This document shows, piece after piece, positions 26,639-37,011 of a stretch of DNA of 64,000 nt; positions within the stretch are counted from its first letter, which is position 1, and every line of letters starts with the position of its first letter. Position numbers and translations under genes: made by a program. The notes under the pieces are model-generated. The model worked only from the letters and a program-made list of their open reading frames with translations, was not told the origin of the DNA and made no database searches. This DNA comes from Actinomycetes bacterium (lineage in GTDB: Bacteria > Actinomycetota > Acidimicrobiia > Acidimicrobiales > Bog-793). The stretch covers positions 53,029 to 117,028 of the forward strand of contig JAKABW010000003.1 in the NCBI GenBank assembly GCA_021796535.1, in the 5' to 3' direction.

Positions 26639-28498
26639 TTATTGTAAATCTCTTATTTGTTTCAAAAATTGCTGTGCTTTTTTATGCGCCGGATCCAAGC
26701 TGAGCACCTCTTTCAGCCTTTCTGCCGCCGGGTCGGTTTTCCCCTGCAAAAACAAACAAACGGCCATATTGAAGGTCTCCGCCGGGCGGGGGCCGCGGCG
26801 TTCCCTGTGGCGATACAACAGTTCCAAAGCCGCGTCTATCTCACCCACGGATGCCAGCAGAGTGGCCATAAGAGAAGCCAGATCGACACTTTTTTTAGCG
26901 TCTTTATCATCCGAAATGTCTGTTTTATCCGCGCAGTCAAAATCCGTTGCCGGCACAACACCGCCCGGTTCTATGTCTTGAGTATCCGTTATGCCGGAAG
27001 AATCCGTCTTTGGCAACTCCCGTAAAGCGTTATTGACAAAAATATCCATGGGGAAATGTCTGGAGTCGACTTCCAGTAGCACACGAGCCACTTCATCCGT
27101 TTTATCGGGGGGTTCTTGTGTCAAGAGTTCTTGCAATCTGTCGTAAACTTGGAATAAAAAATGAGCGTCATACCCGGAGGCTCTGATGGCTATAACCAGG
27201 TCGGCCAGAGAAAGCTCTTTTTTATGGTGTCGCAATTGATAGAGCACCAAAAAAAGTTCTTCCGGGCTTTGTTCGGCTACTGACATGTAGAATTCTTCCC
27301 TGAGGGAAAGAGGCTCTCCTTGTGTAAACAAAAAGGCACACACCTCCAGACCGACCGGGACCGGATCGGCCCGCAAGAGTTCTCCACCGCTGTGCGATGC
27401 CGCAATTGAGAGAATGTTCATATCCACAGGCAAAGAAAAGGTGGAGCCGTGCACGCCCATGGACAACAGATTGGCCGGACATATAGCCTCTTTCTTACCC
27501 TCCACGGAAACTTTTTGCTTGCGGCGCAGCCGGGTCTCCGGACTTGGGTTATCGGAAAGACCGGGAACTTCGCTGCCCTCTTTTTCTTCCTCTTCGTTCT
27601 CGGAGTCTTGGCGTATTCCGCCCGGTCTCTCCGCCACCAACAGCATCATATTCCCGTCGGTAAGATTGTGCAGGTTTTTGAGAGCGACAAGGGGGGCTTT
27701 GGGAAACAAGAATCTTACCGGGTCTTCTTCGTCCGAAAGGCAGGACCTATAAAAATCCGCCGCTTTCCGCAAAACGGCATTCAGAAAGTCGTCTTCATAA
27801 TAATTTGTGGAGTCAATGCTTTTCCTGTCGACGGCAAACCATAAACGGGAAAGCAAATCCGGTGAATCCCAGTTTATGCCGGGGTCATCCCCTACCGGCA
27901 TCACCGATTCTTCAAACGTTTCCGAAGAAGACACACAAAAAAGATCCTGCGGCAGTACGTCAAAAAGATAATTGGCCAAAAAAACCGTCGGCGCTTTGGC
28001 GGTACCAGGAGCTATTTTCTTTTTTGAGACCAAAAGATTTATTTCCGTATCGCGCAACACATCATAGTGTGCGTAATCGATGAGTCCCTCTTTTGCCAAA
28101 GCGTTCAGGTACTTATGCCCGGACCAAAAATCTATATTGTCCTTTATCACATCGCTCAGCACATAAACTATTTTTTGCCGCGAAGGAAAGCGTTTGTAAT
28201 AAGACATAAAATTCCAGGCAAGCCTGCCGGTACCGGCACCGAGTTCAACCACGTAAACGACTTCCGAAGGCTCGTCAAACACTGTATTGCGTTCACAGTC
28301 CTCCAAATACGCTTGCAGTAAACGCCAATAAGCTTTGGCAATCAGCGGTCCCGTCGTCAAAAGGTAGGGAACTTTTCCGGAAGACCAAGAGGCGACCCCA
28401 TTTTTGTTATAGGAATCATCCATCAACCGCCAAAGCGCCGTTTCGGAAAGGCGCCCCGGCTTATCGATAACATACCCTTGCCGCGTTTTTATCCCCAA
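26639..28498 (-). CDS. uncharacterised 619-aa protein: MidA/NDUFAF7-like class I SAM methyltransferase N-domain, acidic linker, unknown middle domain, C-terminal TPR-like repeat
   Basis: SAM motif I VYVVELGAGTGRL, and a later FLANYLFDVLPQD that resembles the MidA-family NEFFDALP motif. Acidic linker DSENEEEEKEGSE. The C-terminus (AVCLFLQGKTDPAAERLKEVLSLDPAHKKAQQFL) looks TPR-like. Its start overlaps the upstream DUF218-like gene by 10 nt. Confidence 0.45.
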   Translation of the reverse strand: MGIKTRQGYVIDKPGRLSETALWRLMDDSYNKNGVASWSSGKVPYLLTTGPLIAKAYWRLLQAYLEDCERNTVFDEPSEVVYVVELGAGTGRLAWNFMSYYKRFPSRQKIVYVLSDVIKDNIDFWSGHKYLNALAKEGLIDYAHYDVLRDTEINLLVSKKKIAPGTAKAPTVFLANYLFDVLPQDLFCVSSSETFEESVMPVGDDPGINWDSPDLLSRLWFAVDRKSIDSTNYYEDDFLNAVLRKAADFYRSCLSDEEDPVRFLFPKAPLVALKNLHNLTDGNMMLLVAERPGGIRQDSENEEEEKEGSEVPGLSDNPSPETRLRRKQKVSVEGKKEAICPANLLSMGVHGSTFSLPVDMNILSIAASHSGGELLRADPVPVGLEVCAFLFTQGEPLSLREEFYMSVAEQSPEELFLVLYQLRHHKKELSLADLVIAIRASGYDAHFLFQVYDRLQELLTQEPPDKTDEVARVLLEVDSRHFPMDIFVNNALRELPKTDSSGITDTQDIEPGGVVPATDFDCADKTDISDDKDAKKSVDLASLMATLLASVGEIDAALELLYRHRERRGPRPAETFNMAVCLFLQGKTDPAAERLKEVLSLDPAHKKAQQFLKQIRDLQ

Positions 28499-29100
28499 TC
28501 TACTCGCGTAAAGCCTATCACTTTGCCCACAGCCACCGCCGAGGCCTCTTTTGCCAGCTGTCCCACCCCGGCAAGCGACACGGCTTCGGAATTGATGGCC
28601 GGCGACATCTGGATAGACAAGCGATTATCGGCGGCAAGATTTTCTATATAGGCAGCCTGCAATGCGTCTGCCACAACGGTAATCAGGCGATTTCTCCCGA
28701 CTGTGCCGGCCAAGGCAGAAAAAGTGCCGGGCACGGAAGAGGCGGACAAAATGCTTATCCTGCTTGGCGGTATCTTATTCGAAATCAAATATTCTTTGGA
28801 AAAAGTAATATTTTTCCCATTTCCGGCCAAAATGACATGCTTTGCCGGACGGATGTCATAGATATCTACGGCTTGGTTCAAACGGCTTACCGTGTCCGCC
28901 GATAACTGCGTACTCGAAGATGCAGGACCGATGATCAAAATGGTGTTTGAGGTTTTCAGAACGGCTGCGGAGGTGGGCAGCTCTGAAGCGGCATAAGTAA
29001 GGTAACCGCAATACACGTAGAAGGCCAGCAAAAGAAAAAGAACCAAAGATATCAATCTTCTGATCCAAGCAAAAGGTGAAAATAAGGAAAGTATCGACAT
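28489..29100 (-). CDS. DUF218/YdcF(SanA/ElyC)-like membrane-anchored protein
   Basis: 203-aa ORF with an N-terminal TM segment (LISLVLFLLLAFYVYCGYL). The DUF218-like core is ILIIGPASS...SRLNQAVDIY....AKHVILAGNG...EYL....IP.SRI......S..T.... Confidence 0.5.
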   Translation of the reverse strand: MSILSLFSPFAWIRRLISLVLFLLLAFYVYCGYLTYAASELPTSAAVLKTSNTILIIGPASSSTQLSADTVSRLNQAVDIYDIRPAKHVILAGNGKNITFSKEYLISNKIPPSRISILSASSVPGTFSALAGTVGRNRLITVVADALQAAYIENLAADNRLSIQMSPAINSEAVSLAGVGQLAKEASAVAVGKVIGFTRVDWG

Positions 29101-29192
29101 ATTTTTACTCCGGGTTCCGTTCTATGCCGACCGGCGGTTGCGGAAAAATAAAGTACCCATAAGGTTCTTCCCCGCAAACCCGGGACGGCTTT

Positions 29193-30671
29193 TCATACGG
29201 CGGCCAAACGGGCCAAGGCGTTTTCCAGTCTCGCTATCACTTCCCGCGGGCCAAGCGTTTCCAAAGCTTCGAACAAAGGCAGGCCGGTTTTCTTTCCCAA
29301 AACGGAAACTCTGATGGGAGCCTGGGCTTTGGCCAATTTGAGACCCGCCTTATCCGCACACTGGATGAGTACAGCCTTCAAGAGCTCGGCGTCGAAGCCG
29401 GTACCGCTGCCCGCTCCGGAGCCTGTCTCCGCAAGAGAACCTCTTCCGTCCGCATCCGCCGCCTGTTTGAAGTGCTCCAGCACGTCTCGCATGAAAGACT
29501 CGGCAAAGTCACTCTCCCCTATAAGTTTTTGAAAGTCGTCGCCGTCCGGTGAAAACGGGACGTCGAAAAGGAACGCCAACAAGCCGACGCTTTCCTCCAA
29601 AGTCGTCACACGCTCTTTGGTGACGGCAGCCAGAGGGACGAACTTACTTAAAATATCCTGTCTGTCGAGATTGGGGTAGGCCTTTTCGAGATGGGGAAGG
29701 GCTCTTTCGACAAAATCCCCGTCCGTCAAAGACCTGATGTAGTGACCGTTAAAATAAAAGAGCCTTTTTTCGTCAAAAAAAGCCGGCGAGTGATTGACCT
29801 GGCCCAGGTCAAATTCCGCCAAAGCTTTTTCGGGTTTAAAAATCTCGCTCCCGTCTTTGGGAGCCCATCCGAGAACCGTCAGATAATTGAACATGGCTTC
29901 CGGCAGGATACCCATTGCCCGGTAGTCCTCAACGGCCACTCTGTCGCGGCGTTTGGAGAGCTTTTGCCTTTTTTCGTTCACCAAAACAGGCAAATGCGCA
30001 AATACGGGGAGCTTTTTATCCGAAAGAGCCTGCCACAGCAAAAGAGCTTTGGGTGTCGTGGGGAGATGTTCTTCTGCCCTGATGATATGGGTTATGCCCA
30101 TGTCCTGATCGTCGACGACAACCGCCAGGACAAAAAGAGGGTCGCCGCTGGATTTCAGCAGCACAAAGTCCTCTATGGAAACGTTGGCAAATTCCACCTC
30201 ACCCCTTACGATATCGTTGACTACGGTCACTCCGGTATCGGGCACTCGAAAGCGCAACGCTCTGCCTACACCCGGGACAAGACCGCGCTCCCTGCAGTAA
30301 TTGTCATAACCGGGTTTTGAGCCTTCTTTTTTTCTGCCGTCGATATCTTCTCTCGTACAGTCACAAGCATATGCGTGACCGGACAAAAACAATTTTTCCG
30401 CCGCGCCAAGATAGAGGTTTTTTCTCTGAGATTGAAAGTAAGGTCCCTCGTCAATACTTATATTGAGCCATTCCAGGGCCTTTAGAATACCTTCGGTCCA
30501 AGCCGGATCGCTCCTCTCGGTATCGGTATCTTCAATTCTCAAAATAAGCTTTCCGCCGCGTTGACGGGCGAACAGCCAGTTATAAAGAGCGGTCCTGGCT
30601 CCGCCGACGTGGAAATAACCCGTCGGAGAAGGGGCAAACCTAACCCTGACTTCCTCACTTACCGTAGCCAA
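29193..30671 (-). CDS. gltX: glutamate--tRNA ligase
   Basis: 492-aa ORF with a TTG start. Class I motifs: RFAPSPTGYFHVGGARTALYNW (HIGH-type) and KLSKR (KMSKS-type). Confidence 0.95.
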   Translation of the reverse strand: MATVSEEVRVRFAPSPTGYFHVGGARTALYNWLFARQRGGKLILRIEDTDTERSDPAWTEGILKALEWLNISIDEGPYFQSQRKNLYLGAAEKLFLSGHAYACDCTREDIDGRKKEGSKPGYDNYCRERGLVPGVGRALRFRVPDTGVTVVNDIVRGEVEFANVSIEDFVLLKSSGDPLFVLAVVVDDQDMGITHIIRAEEHLPTTPKALLLWQALSDKKLPVFAHLPVLVNEKRQKLSKRRDRVAVEDYRAMGILPEAMFNYLTVLGWAPKDGSEIFKPEKALAEFDLGQVNHSPAFFDEKRLFYFNGHYIRSLTDGDFVERALPHLEKAYPNLDRQDILSKFVPLAAVTKERVTTLEESVGLLAFLFDVPFSPDGDDFQKLIGESDFAESFMRDVLEHFKQAADADGRGSLAETGSGAGSGTGFDAELLKAVLIQCADKAGLKLAKAQAPIRVSVLGKKTGLPLFEALETLGPREVIARLENALARLAAV

Positions 30672-31030
30672 ATATGTTCCTCATCAATCGGTAAAACTTT
30701 TCCTATATTGTAGAAGTGATTCTAATACTTACAAGATATTACGTGTTGTTATATTCCCAATTTACAAATCTGTATCAAAAAAATACACAAAAAAGCATGC
30801 GTTTTCAAATTTGAATTTGATCTGTTTTTGCTTAAATAGCAAATAGTAAAAGCTCCCTCCTGGTCTCAGCCCGGCTCCCCATAAAGCTTGGGTCCCCCGT
30901 TAAATCTGCAAAAAATCCGTCTTTGCCGAAAGCCTTTTCCGTGGTCGGGATCTACTAAAATTTTTGCATGAGAAAAATTTTTCCGGCATCTACGTTACAA
31001 ATCCGACGTAACAAGCTAGCCTGAAATACA

Positions 31031-32374
31031 ATGACCGCCAAAAAACGCAACACCGTTATCGCCGCCTCTTTGGCCATAATAATTATCGTAGGAATTGCCG
31101 CAGGCATTCTGATAGGCTATCTGATAAGAGGCAATTCCTCCAACTCCCCCGCAGCGAAAGAGGCCGCAAAACTGCAAAAAGCGCATCTCGAGATCCTTAC
31201 GGAAAACACGGATGTGCGCATTGCCAAGTCGTATCTGAACGTTTCCCTTCCTTCCCGGGTGGGTGCCCCCTCTCCCGGGTTTACGAATTCAATTTTCAAA
31301 CCGGCCATAAAGCAACATGTTGTTGTCGGCTACGTACCGAGCTTTGAACTCAGCTCCGTCACCCCCCAAGACTTGTCATCGGTATCCGTGGTCTGCTACG
31401 ACGGCGTGGATGTGGGGACATCGGGCCAAATTGTCAGCGATCAAAACTTGTCGATGCTTGCACAAAGCGGCGTACAAAACCTCATCAGCGCATCTCATTT
31501 GGACAACGACATGGTTTTGCTGACGGCATACACCTCCTCCAATCCGGTCATAAAATCGATCACACGGCACCCTGCCGCCAGCGCCGCCAGGCTTGCAGCC
31601 GGACTTGTGCCACTCCTCAGGTCAGACGGTTTTGACGGAGTAAGCATTGATATAGAAGGGCAGTACGCCAAAGAAAGAGCCGGCTTCGTCAGTTTTATCA
31701 GTTACTTCCACCAAGACATGCAAAAAGAAGACAGGACGGCTTTTTTGCTGCTTGATACCTACACCGACTCGGCCGCAAATCCGGACAGTTTTTATAACGT
31801 TGCCCGGCTCTACCCCTTTGTCAACGATATTTTCATCATGGGATACGATATGAACAGCCCCACCGCCGCCTCTCCTAACGCCCCGCTCATCAACGAAAAC
31901 CTGGGCAACAGTGACGTTCAGTCAATCCTGTCTTACACAAAAGTGGTCCCCTCTCAAAAATTGATCCTGGGGGTCCCTTTCTACGGTTACGACTTCACCA
32001 CCAAAAATCAATACCCCTACGGGCCCACCAAAAATTTATATCCCGTGGCGGTTACCTGGGCCTCCATCCTTGCGACTGGGAGACCACAGTTGTGGGATCC
32101 GATGTCTCTTACGCCGTGGTATAAATTCAAAATCGGCAAAACCTGGCATCAGACTTGGTTTGACAATCCGGTATCCATTGCCCTGAAAACGGCGCTGGCA
32201 AACGAATTCAACTTGGGTGGCGTGGGAGTATGGGCTCTCGGCATGAACGGCAACGATACCCAAATGCTAAAAGCCCTGGAAGGCGGCAAAGCTCCTTATA
32301 AAAAGGAGCAGATTCTGAAAGCGGCCGCATCCAAAATCATTAAGCACAAAAAGCGCAAAGCCGCCAAAAAATAG
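31031..32374 (+). CDS. membrane-anchored glycoside hydrolase family 18-like protein
   Basis: 447-aa ORF with an N-terminal TM segment (VIAASLAIIIIVGIAAGILIGYLI). The GH18 catalytic region is FDGVSIDIEG, a variant of DGxDxDxE with the Glu retained. GVGVWALG near the C-terminus, then a Lys-rich tail. Confidence 0.7.
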   Translation: MTAKKRNTVIAASLAIIIIVGIAAGILIGYLIRGNSSNSPAAKEAAKLQKAHLEILTENTDVRIAKSYLNVSLPSRVGAPSPGFTNSIFKPAIKQHVVVGYVPSFELSSVTPQDLSSVSVVCYDGVDVGTSGQIVSDQNLSMLAQSGVQNLISASHLDNDMVLLTAYTSSNPVIKSITRHPAASAARLAAGLVPLLRSDGFDGVSIDIEGQYAKERAGFVSFISYFHQDMQKEDRTAFLLLDTYTDSAANPDSFYNVARLYPFVNDIFIMGYDMNSPTAASPNAPLINENLGNSDVQSILSYTKVVPSQKLILGVPFYGYDFTTKNQYPYGPTKNLYPVAVTWASILATGRPQLWDPMSLTPWYKFKIGKTWHQTWFDNPVSIALKTALANEFNLGGVGVWALGMNGNDTQMLKALEGGKAPYKKEQILKAAASKIIKHKKRKAAKK

Positions 32375-32411
32375 AGACAGCCTTGCGCCTAAAGATAAAG
32401 AAAATTATGTG

Positions 32412-32690
32412 TCAGGAGTCTTCCCGGCCTGCGGCAAGACCTGCGGCTCTTTTGACAAGACGCGACTTTTTCCTTGCGGCTTGGTTCGGATGAATGATCC
32501 CTTTGGAAGCAGCCTTGTCAATTCTCTTCAAGGCAACTTTCAAAAGCTCGGCGGCATCCTCCGTTCCTTTTTCCGCGCCCGTCAAAGCTTTCTTGGTTCT
32601 TGTCTTTAGCTCAGAGCGGATAGCCTTATTTTTGGCCTCTCTGACCTCGTTTTGACGGTTTCTTTTAATTTGACTTTTGATGTTGGCCAT
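32412..32690 (-). CDS. rpsT: 30S ribosomal protein S20
   Basis: 92-aa ORF: MANIKSQIKRNRQNEVREAKNKAIRSELKT..., ending KGIIHPNQAARKKSRL. Confidence 0.95.
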   Translation of the reverse strand: MANIKSQIKRNRQNEVREAKNKAIRSELKTRTKKALTGAEKGTEDAAELLKVALKRIDKAASKGIIHPNQAARKKSRLVKRAAGLAAGREDS

Positions 32691-32897
32691 TTTCCCTTAC
32701 ACTTCTATTCCAAAAGATAGTCGGATGTATTTTATATCATAAACGACATCCCCAAGACAGATATACGGGATCCGTTATAATTTTATATTGCCAAACCGAT
32801 TCCGGGAAATCGGAATAAAATCTGCACCGCTCAAAACTTTGACTAAGCTAAATTAAGAGCTGGGTCACCCTAAATAAGAAACGGTACGGGCGTTTTT

Positions 32898-34685
32898 GTG
32901 ATAGACACGTCAAAAATTCGTAATTTTTCCATCATCAGCCATGTTGATCACGGTAAATCAACCCTGTCGGATCGCATATTGGAGCTGACCAATGCCGTCG
33001 ACCCCCGCGAGATGCGGGATCAGTATCTCGATTCCATGGACATAGAACGCGAACGCGGCATTACCATCAAAGCGCAAAACGTCCGGGTTCACTATAAAGA
33101 CTATTACCTGCACCTGATCGATACGCCGGGCCACGTCGACTTCGGGTACGAAGTCTCCAGAAGTCTGGCGGCCTGCGAAGGGGTTATCCTCTTGGTGGAC
33201 GCATCGCAGGGAATTGAGGCGCAAACCCTGGCCAACTGTTACCTGGCCCTTGACAACAATTTAGAAATTGTGGCGGCTTTGAACAAAATAGACCTGCCCG
33301 CCGCCGATCCGGAACGCTATGCCCAAGAGATAGAAGCCATACTCGGCATCCCGGCCGACGAGGTTCTCCTCATATCCGCCAAAACGGGGGAGGGCGTAAC
33401 GGAGCTTCTGGACGCCGTCGCAGAACGCATTCCCCCACCCACCGGAAACCCCGATGCCCCACTGAAAGCCCTGATTTTTGACAGTTACTACGACCAGTAC
33501 AGAGGGGTCGTATCGGCACTCAGAATTGTGGAAGGCACTTTGCGGACCAAATCCAAGTGCCGTTTCATAAACAGCAAAGCGGAACGGGAAGTAGAGGAAA
33601 TAGGCGTAAAAACGCCCGCTCCCCTGCCGGTGGAAGAACTCGGACCCGGAGAAGTCGGCTATCTGATAGCAAACGTCAGAAACGTTGCCGAAGCCAGATC
33701 CGGCGAAACGGTAACGGATTCCGCTTTCCCGGCCGCAAGCCCCCTCCCGGGATACAAAAACCCGAAACCGATGGTCTATTGCGGACTCTACCCGGTGGAC
33801 GGCGACGAACTGCCTGACCTAAGGGACGCTTTGGAAAAATTGCAGCTCTCAGATGCCAGCGTCACCTATGCCCCGGAAACTTCCGCCGCACTCGGATTTG
33901 GATTTCGTTGCGGTTTCCTGGGACTGCTGCACATGGAAATCGTCAGGGAACGTCTGGAAAGGGAGTTCAATCTCTCCCTGATCGCCACCGCCCCGTCCGT
34001 GGAGTACGTGGCGCACCTTACCAACGACACCAAAGTGTTGGTGGACAATCCCTCGGAAATGCCTCCCGTACAAAACATCCGGGACATCGAAGAACCCGTA
34101 TTGAAAATCACCATCATCACCCCCACGGAATACATAGGTTCCGTCATGGAGTTGGCTCAAAACAAACGGGGGCGCATGGAAAAAATGACTTACCTCTCGG
34201 AACAGCGGGTGGAACTGGGCTATATCATCCCTCTGGCCGAAGTGGTGGTGGACTTCTTTGATATTTTGAAGTCCAGAACAAAAGGTTACGCCAGTCTGGA
34301 TTATGAGCAGTACGGACTGGAAATGGCGGACCTGGTGAAAGTGGATCTGCTGCTGAACGGGCAGCCGGTGGATGCCTTTTCCTCCGTCGTACACCGCTCC
34401 AAAGCTGACGATTACGGAAGAAAAATGGCTCAGAAGTTGCGTGAGCTGATCCCCAGGCAACTGTTTGACGTACCCATCCAAGCCGCCATAGGCGGCAGAA
34501 TCATCGCCAGAGAGACGGTCAAGGCAAAACGAAAAGACGTGCTCGCCAAGTGCTACGGCGGAGACATCACCAGAAAAAGAAAACTTCTGGAAAAACAAAA
34601 AGAGGGCAAGAAGAAAATGAAGTCCATAGGGAGAGTGGAAATCCCACAGGAGGCCTTTGTTTCGGCCCTCAGACTGGACGACTGA
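32898..34685 (+). CDS. lepA: translation elongation factor 4
   Basis: 595-aa ORF with a GTG start. [34 protein letters not shown]. The LepA C-terminal domain is ...[46 protein letters not shown]. Confidence 0.95.
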   Translation: MIDTSKIRNFSIISHVDHGKSTLSDRILELTNAVDPREMRDQYLDSMDIERERGITIKAQNVRVHYKDYYLHLIDTPGHVDFGYEVSRSLAACEGVILLVDASQGIEAQTLANCYLALDNNLEIVAALNKIDLPAADPERYAQEIEAILGIPADEVLLISAKTGEGVTELLDAVAERIPPPTGNPDAPLKALIFDSYYDQYRGVVSALRIVEGTLRTKSKCRFINSKAEREVEEIGVKTPAPLPVEELGPGEVGYLIANVRNVAEARSGETVTDSAFPAASPLPGYKNPKPMVYCGLYPVDGDELPDLRDALEKLQLSDASVTYAPETSAALGFGFRCGFLGLLHMEIVRERLEREFNLSLIATAPSVEYVAHLTNDTKVLVDNPSEMPPVQNIRDIEEPVLKITIITPTEYIGSVMELAQNKRGRMEKMTYLSEQRVELGYIIPLAEVVVDFFDILKSRTKGYASLDYEQYGLEMADLVKVDLLLNGQPVDAFSSVVHRSKADDYGRKMAQKLRELIPRQLFDVPIQAAIGGRIIARETVKAKRKDVLAKCYGGDITRKRKLLEKQKEGKKKMKSIGRVEIPQEAFVSALRLDD

Positions 34686-34731
34686 TACAAAAAAACATAA
34701 AGGTTAACATATTTTATCGGAGGCAGCTGAA

Positions 34732-35700
34732 ATGATCCTTTCTCTGCAAAAAGCCGTATCCTCTCGAATCGGCAAAATCTTGGGTGATGAAGCGGCGTTG
34801 GAAGAGTACAAGTACCCACTTCACGACGCGGGGCTGTTCGGTCCGGGCACACCCGTCTGGAGAGTACACTCGGACCTGCCCTCGATGCTCATAGGCGGCA
34901 TCTCGTCTTTGATGCTGCAAAGCCTGCATCCCCTGCCCATGGCCGCCGTGGCCGATCACTCCTCGTATAAAGAAGATCCCTTCGGAAGATTTCAGAGGAC
35001 AGTCGCATTCGTGGCCGGCACCACTTTCGGCTCCACGGAAATGGCCAACGGGCTGATTGACCGGGTTAAGTCCATCCACGACAAAATATCTGGGACATCC
35101 CCAAAATACGGCGGCTACCGGGCCTCCGACCCGAATTTGCTTACGTTTGTACACACGGCGGAAGTTTCCAGTTTCCTGCGGGCCTATCAGAGATTTTCCT
35201 TAAACCCACTGACCAAAGACGAAACCGACCTCTATTACCGGGAGGTTTCTCTGGTGGCCGAACTCCTGGGGGCACAAGCGGTTCCCAAGAGCTCGTCGGA
35301 AGTAAAGGCCTATTTTGCGGGTATACGAAAGGATCTGTGCGCCACGGAGGAAGCCAAAGAGGCTCTGGAGTTTTTGCGCAACGGCCTGCCGGACCGGATA
35401 ACCGGGGGTGTCGTTTCCGGAAGCACTGAAACAAAAAAGCGCTCCCGTTCCGGACCGGCCGGAGAATTGACTTATTTTTCTTCAGTCGTTTTTACCGAAG
35501 CCGCTTACGAACTTCTCTTCTATTGGGCAAAAGACCTGTTCGGCGCCAAAGAAAAAATAAAGCCCTCCTTTGTCGTGCCTTCCGCTCTTCTCGCCTGTTC
35601 CGCCCTGAGACACCTGGTCGGTCCTTCCAAAGCGCAAAAGATCGCCCTGCAGCGCAGCTCCGGCATTCTTGCGGACGACAATCCCGGCCATTTGCTATAA
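34732..35700 (+). CDS. MpaB/DUF2236-family oxygenase-like protein
   Basis: 322-aa ORF. The GPGTPVWRVHSDLPSMLIGGISSLMLQSLHPLPMAAVADHS pattern is typical of DUF2236. Confidence 0.65.
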   Translation: MILSLQKAVSSRIGKILGDEAALEEYKYPLHDAGLFGPGTPVWRVHSDLPSMLIGGISSLMLQSLHPLPMAAVADHSSYKEDPFGRFQRTVAFVAGTTFGSTEMANGLIDRVKSIHDKISGTSPKYGGYRASDPNLLTFVHTAEVSSFLRAYQRFSLNPLTKDETDLYYREVSLVAELLGAQAVPKSSSEVKAYFAGIRKDLCATEEAKEALEFLRNGLPDRITGGVVSGSTETKKRSRSGPAGELTYFSSVVFTEAAYELLFYWAKDLFGAKEKIKPSFVVPSALLACSALRHLVGPSKAQKIALQRSSGILADDNPGHLL

Positions 35701-35789
35701 AATGACATCCTGAAAATACAGCCGGATGTGTAATATGAATTATGTATTACAAAAACAAATACACAGTAATACGTGAGCAAGAGGTAAAA

Positions 35790-36803
35790 ATGCTGGACGA
35801 CAGGAAACGCTCAATTTTGGAAGCAGTCGTATCGGAATACATCACAACAGGCGAGCCGGTAAGCTCGGCACACATCGCCGACGACTACAACATAGACTGT
35901 TCCACGGCCACGATACGAGCCGACATGGCGGCTTTGGAAAAAGAGGGGTACCTAACCCACCCCCACACCTCGGCGGGAAGAACCCCCACCGATCTTGGTT
36001 ATCGCTTTTACGTCGACAATCTGGATACGCGTCAAACGGATCTCGATACTTTCAAAGCCGAAACAATCTCTGAATTTTTCACAAAAGCCCATTTTGAATT
36101 GGAAAAAATGCTGGCAGACACTTCCCGGTTGCTGTCCAACCTGACTGACTATGCGGCCGTTGTGGTGGCTCCGACCACCGATGAGACACCGGCTGTGAAT
36201 TCTGCTCTGCTGACCAAAATAAGTCTTTCCACGGGGATTTTGGTTGTCGTAATGTCCGACGGAGCCGTCAATAAATTCAGCATAGAGATAACGGAGCCTT
36301 TTTCCGAAGAGGAGATGTCCCATATCAACTCCCTTCTCAACTCGCATTTGGCGGACAAGAAGCTGACGGCTCTCCCCGAAGTAAAAACGGGTAATTTCAA
36401 AATTGACTCGGTGTTGGCCAGGTGTGTCGGGGTTCTGAGGACCGTCGCCGGGGAAAACCGTCCGTCAAATGTGCCGGTTTATTTGGGCGGCACATCCAAG
36501 ATGGCCGACGAGTTTATCGCCGTCCGTAAAATCAGAGATGTTTTGGCCATTCTGGAACAGTCTTACCTCGTGGTAAGTATGGTGAGGGAAGTACTCGCCA
36601 AAGGTTTAAAGGTCTCCATCGGAACCGAAAACAGAATCGAATCTTTGTCTGACTGCTCTTTGGTGGTGGCCCCTTACCAGATATCCGACTCCATGTTCGG
36701 CACCTTGGCTGTGTTGGGACCGAAACGCATGCGGTATACGCAAGTCTTGGCGGCAGTGGAAACAGTCGGGCAGCAATTGTCCAACCAGCTGAAGAACGCC
36801 TAA
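35790..36803 (+). CDS. hrcA: heat-inducible transcriptional repressor HrcA
   Basis: MLDDRKRSILEAVVSEYITTGEPVSSAHIA... I chose the ATG at 35790, which sits 5 nt after AGAGG. The ORF track extends to 35742. It lies upstream of dnaJ, as in other Actinobacteria and Firmicutes. Confidence 0.9.
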   Translation: MLDDRKRSILEAVVSEYITTGEPVSSAHIADDYNIDCSTATIRADMAALEKEGYLTHPHTSAGRTPTDLGYRFYVDNLDTRQTDLDTFKAETISEFFTKAHFELEKMLADTSRLLSNLTDYAAVVVAPTTDETPAVNSALLTKISLSTGILVVVMSDGAVNKFSIEITEPFSEEEMSHINSLLNSHLADKKLTALPEVKTGNFKIDSVLARCVGVLRTVAGENRPSNVPVYLGGTSKMADEFIAVRKIRDVLAILEQSYLVVSMVREVLAKGLKVSIGTENRIESLSDCSLVVAPYQISDSMFGTLAVLGPKRMRYTQVLAAVETVGQQLSNQLKNA

Positions 36804-37011
36804 AAGGACCGGGCGGCAATGCCGTCGCAAAAAGACCTCGGCTCTTCGCGTCAAAAAGGTTTGTTTTGTCATAAGGGAATGAGCAATTATTTAAATCGTG
36901 TATCTTTATGGTATCGATATCGTACGATGCCCGTTTTCTCAGGTAAAATGAAATACGGCACTCCATGCAAATCACAGCCGCTTACGGAGCTGTAAAATTT
37001 TAAGGGTCGCA

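Noticed and set aside
33849-34598. Long antisense ORFs inside lepA (249 aa), phoH (44427..45173), pat (50353..51024), the APC permease (55203..55841, 55907..56623), DUF6629 (56683..57294), the SDR gene (60639..61277), the hydrolase (62395..63006) and the nuclease (63179..63958)
   Set aside because: Each lies opposite to or out of frame with a gene that has clear family motifs. The translations are Arg/Gly/His-rich shadows typical of mid/high-GC coding DNA.
35700-37011. Looked for a CIRCE element (TTAGCACTC-N9-GAGTGCTAA) upstream of hrcA and dnaJ
   Set aside because: I found no match or near-match in either upstream region. In Actinobacteria, CIRCE usually sits at groES/groEL, which are not in this window.
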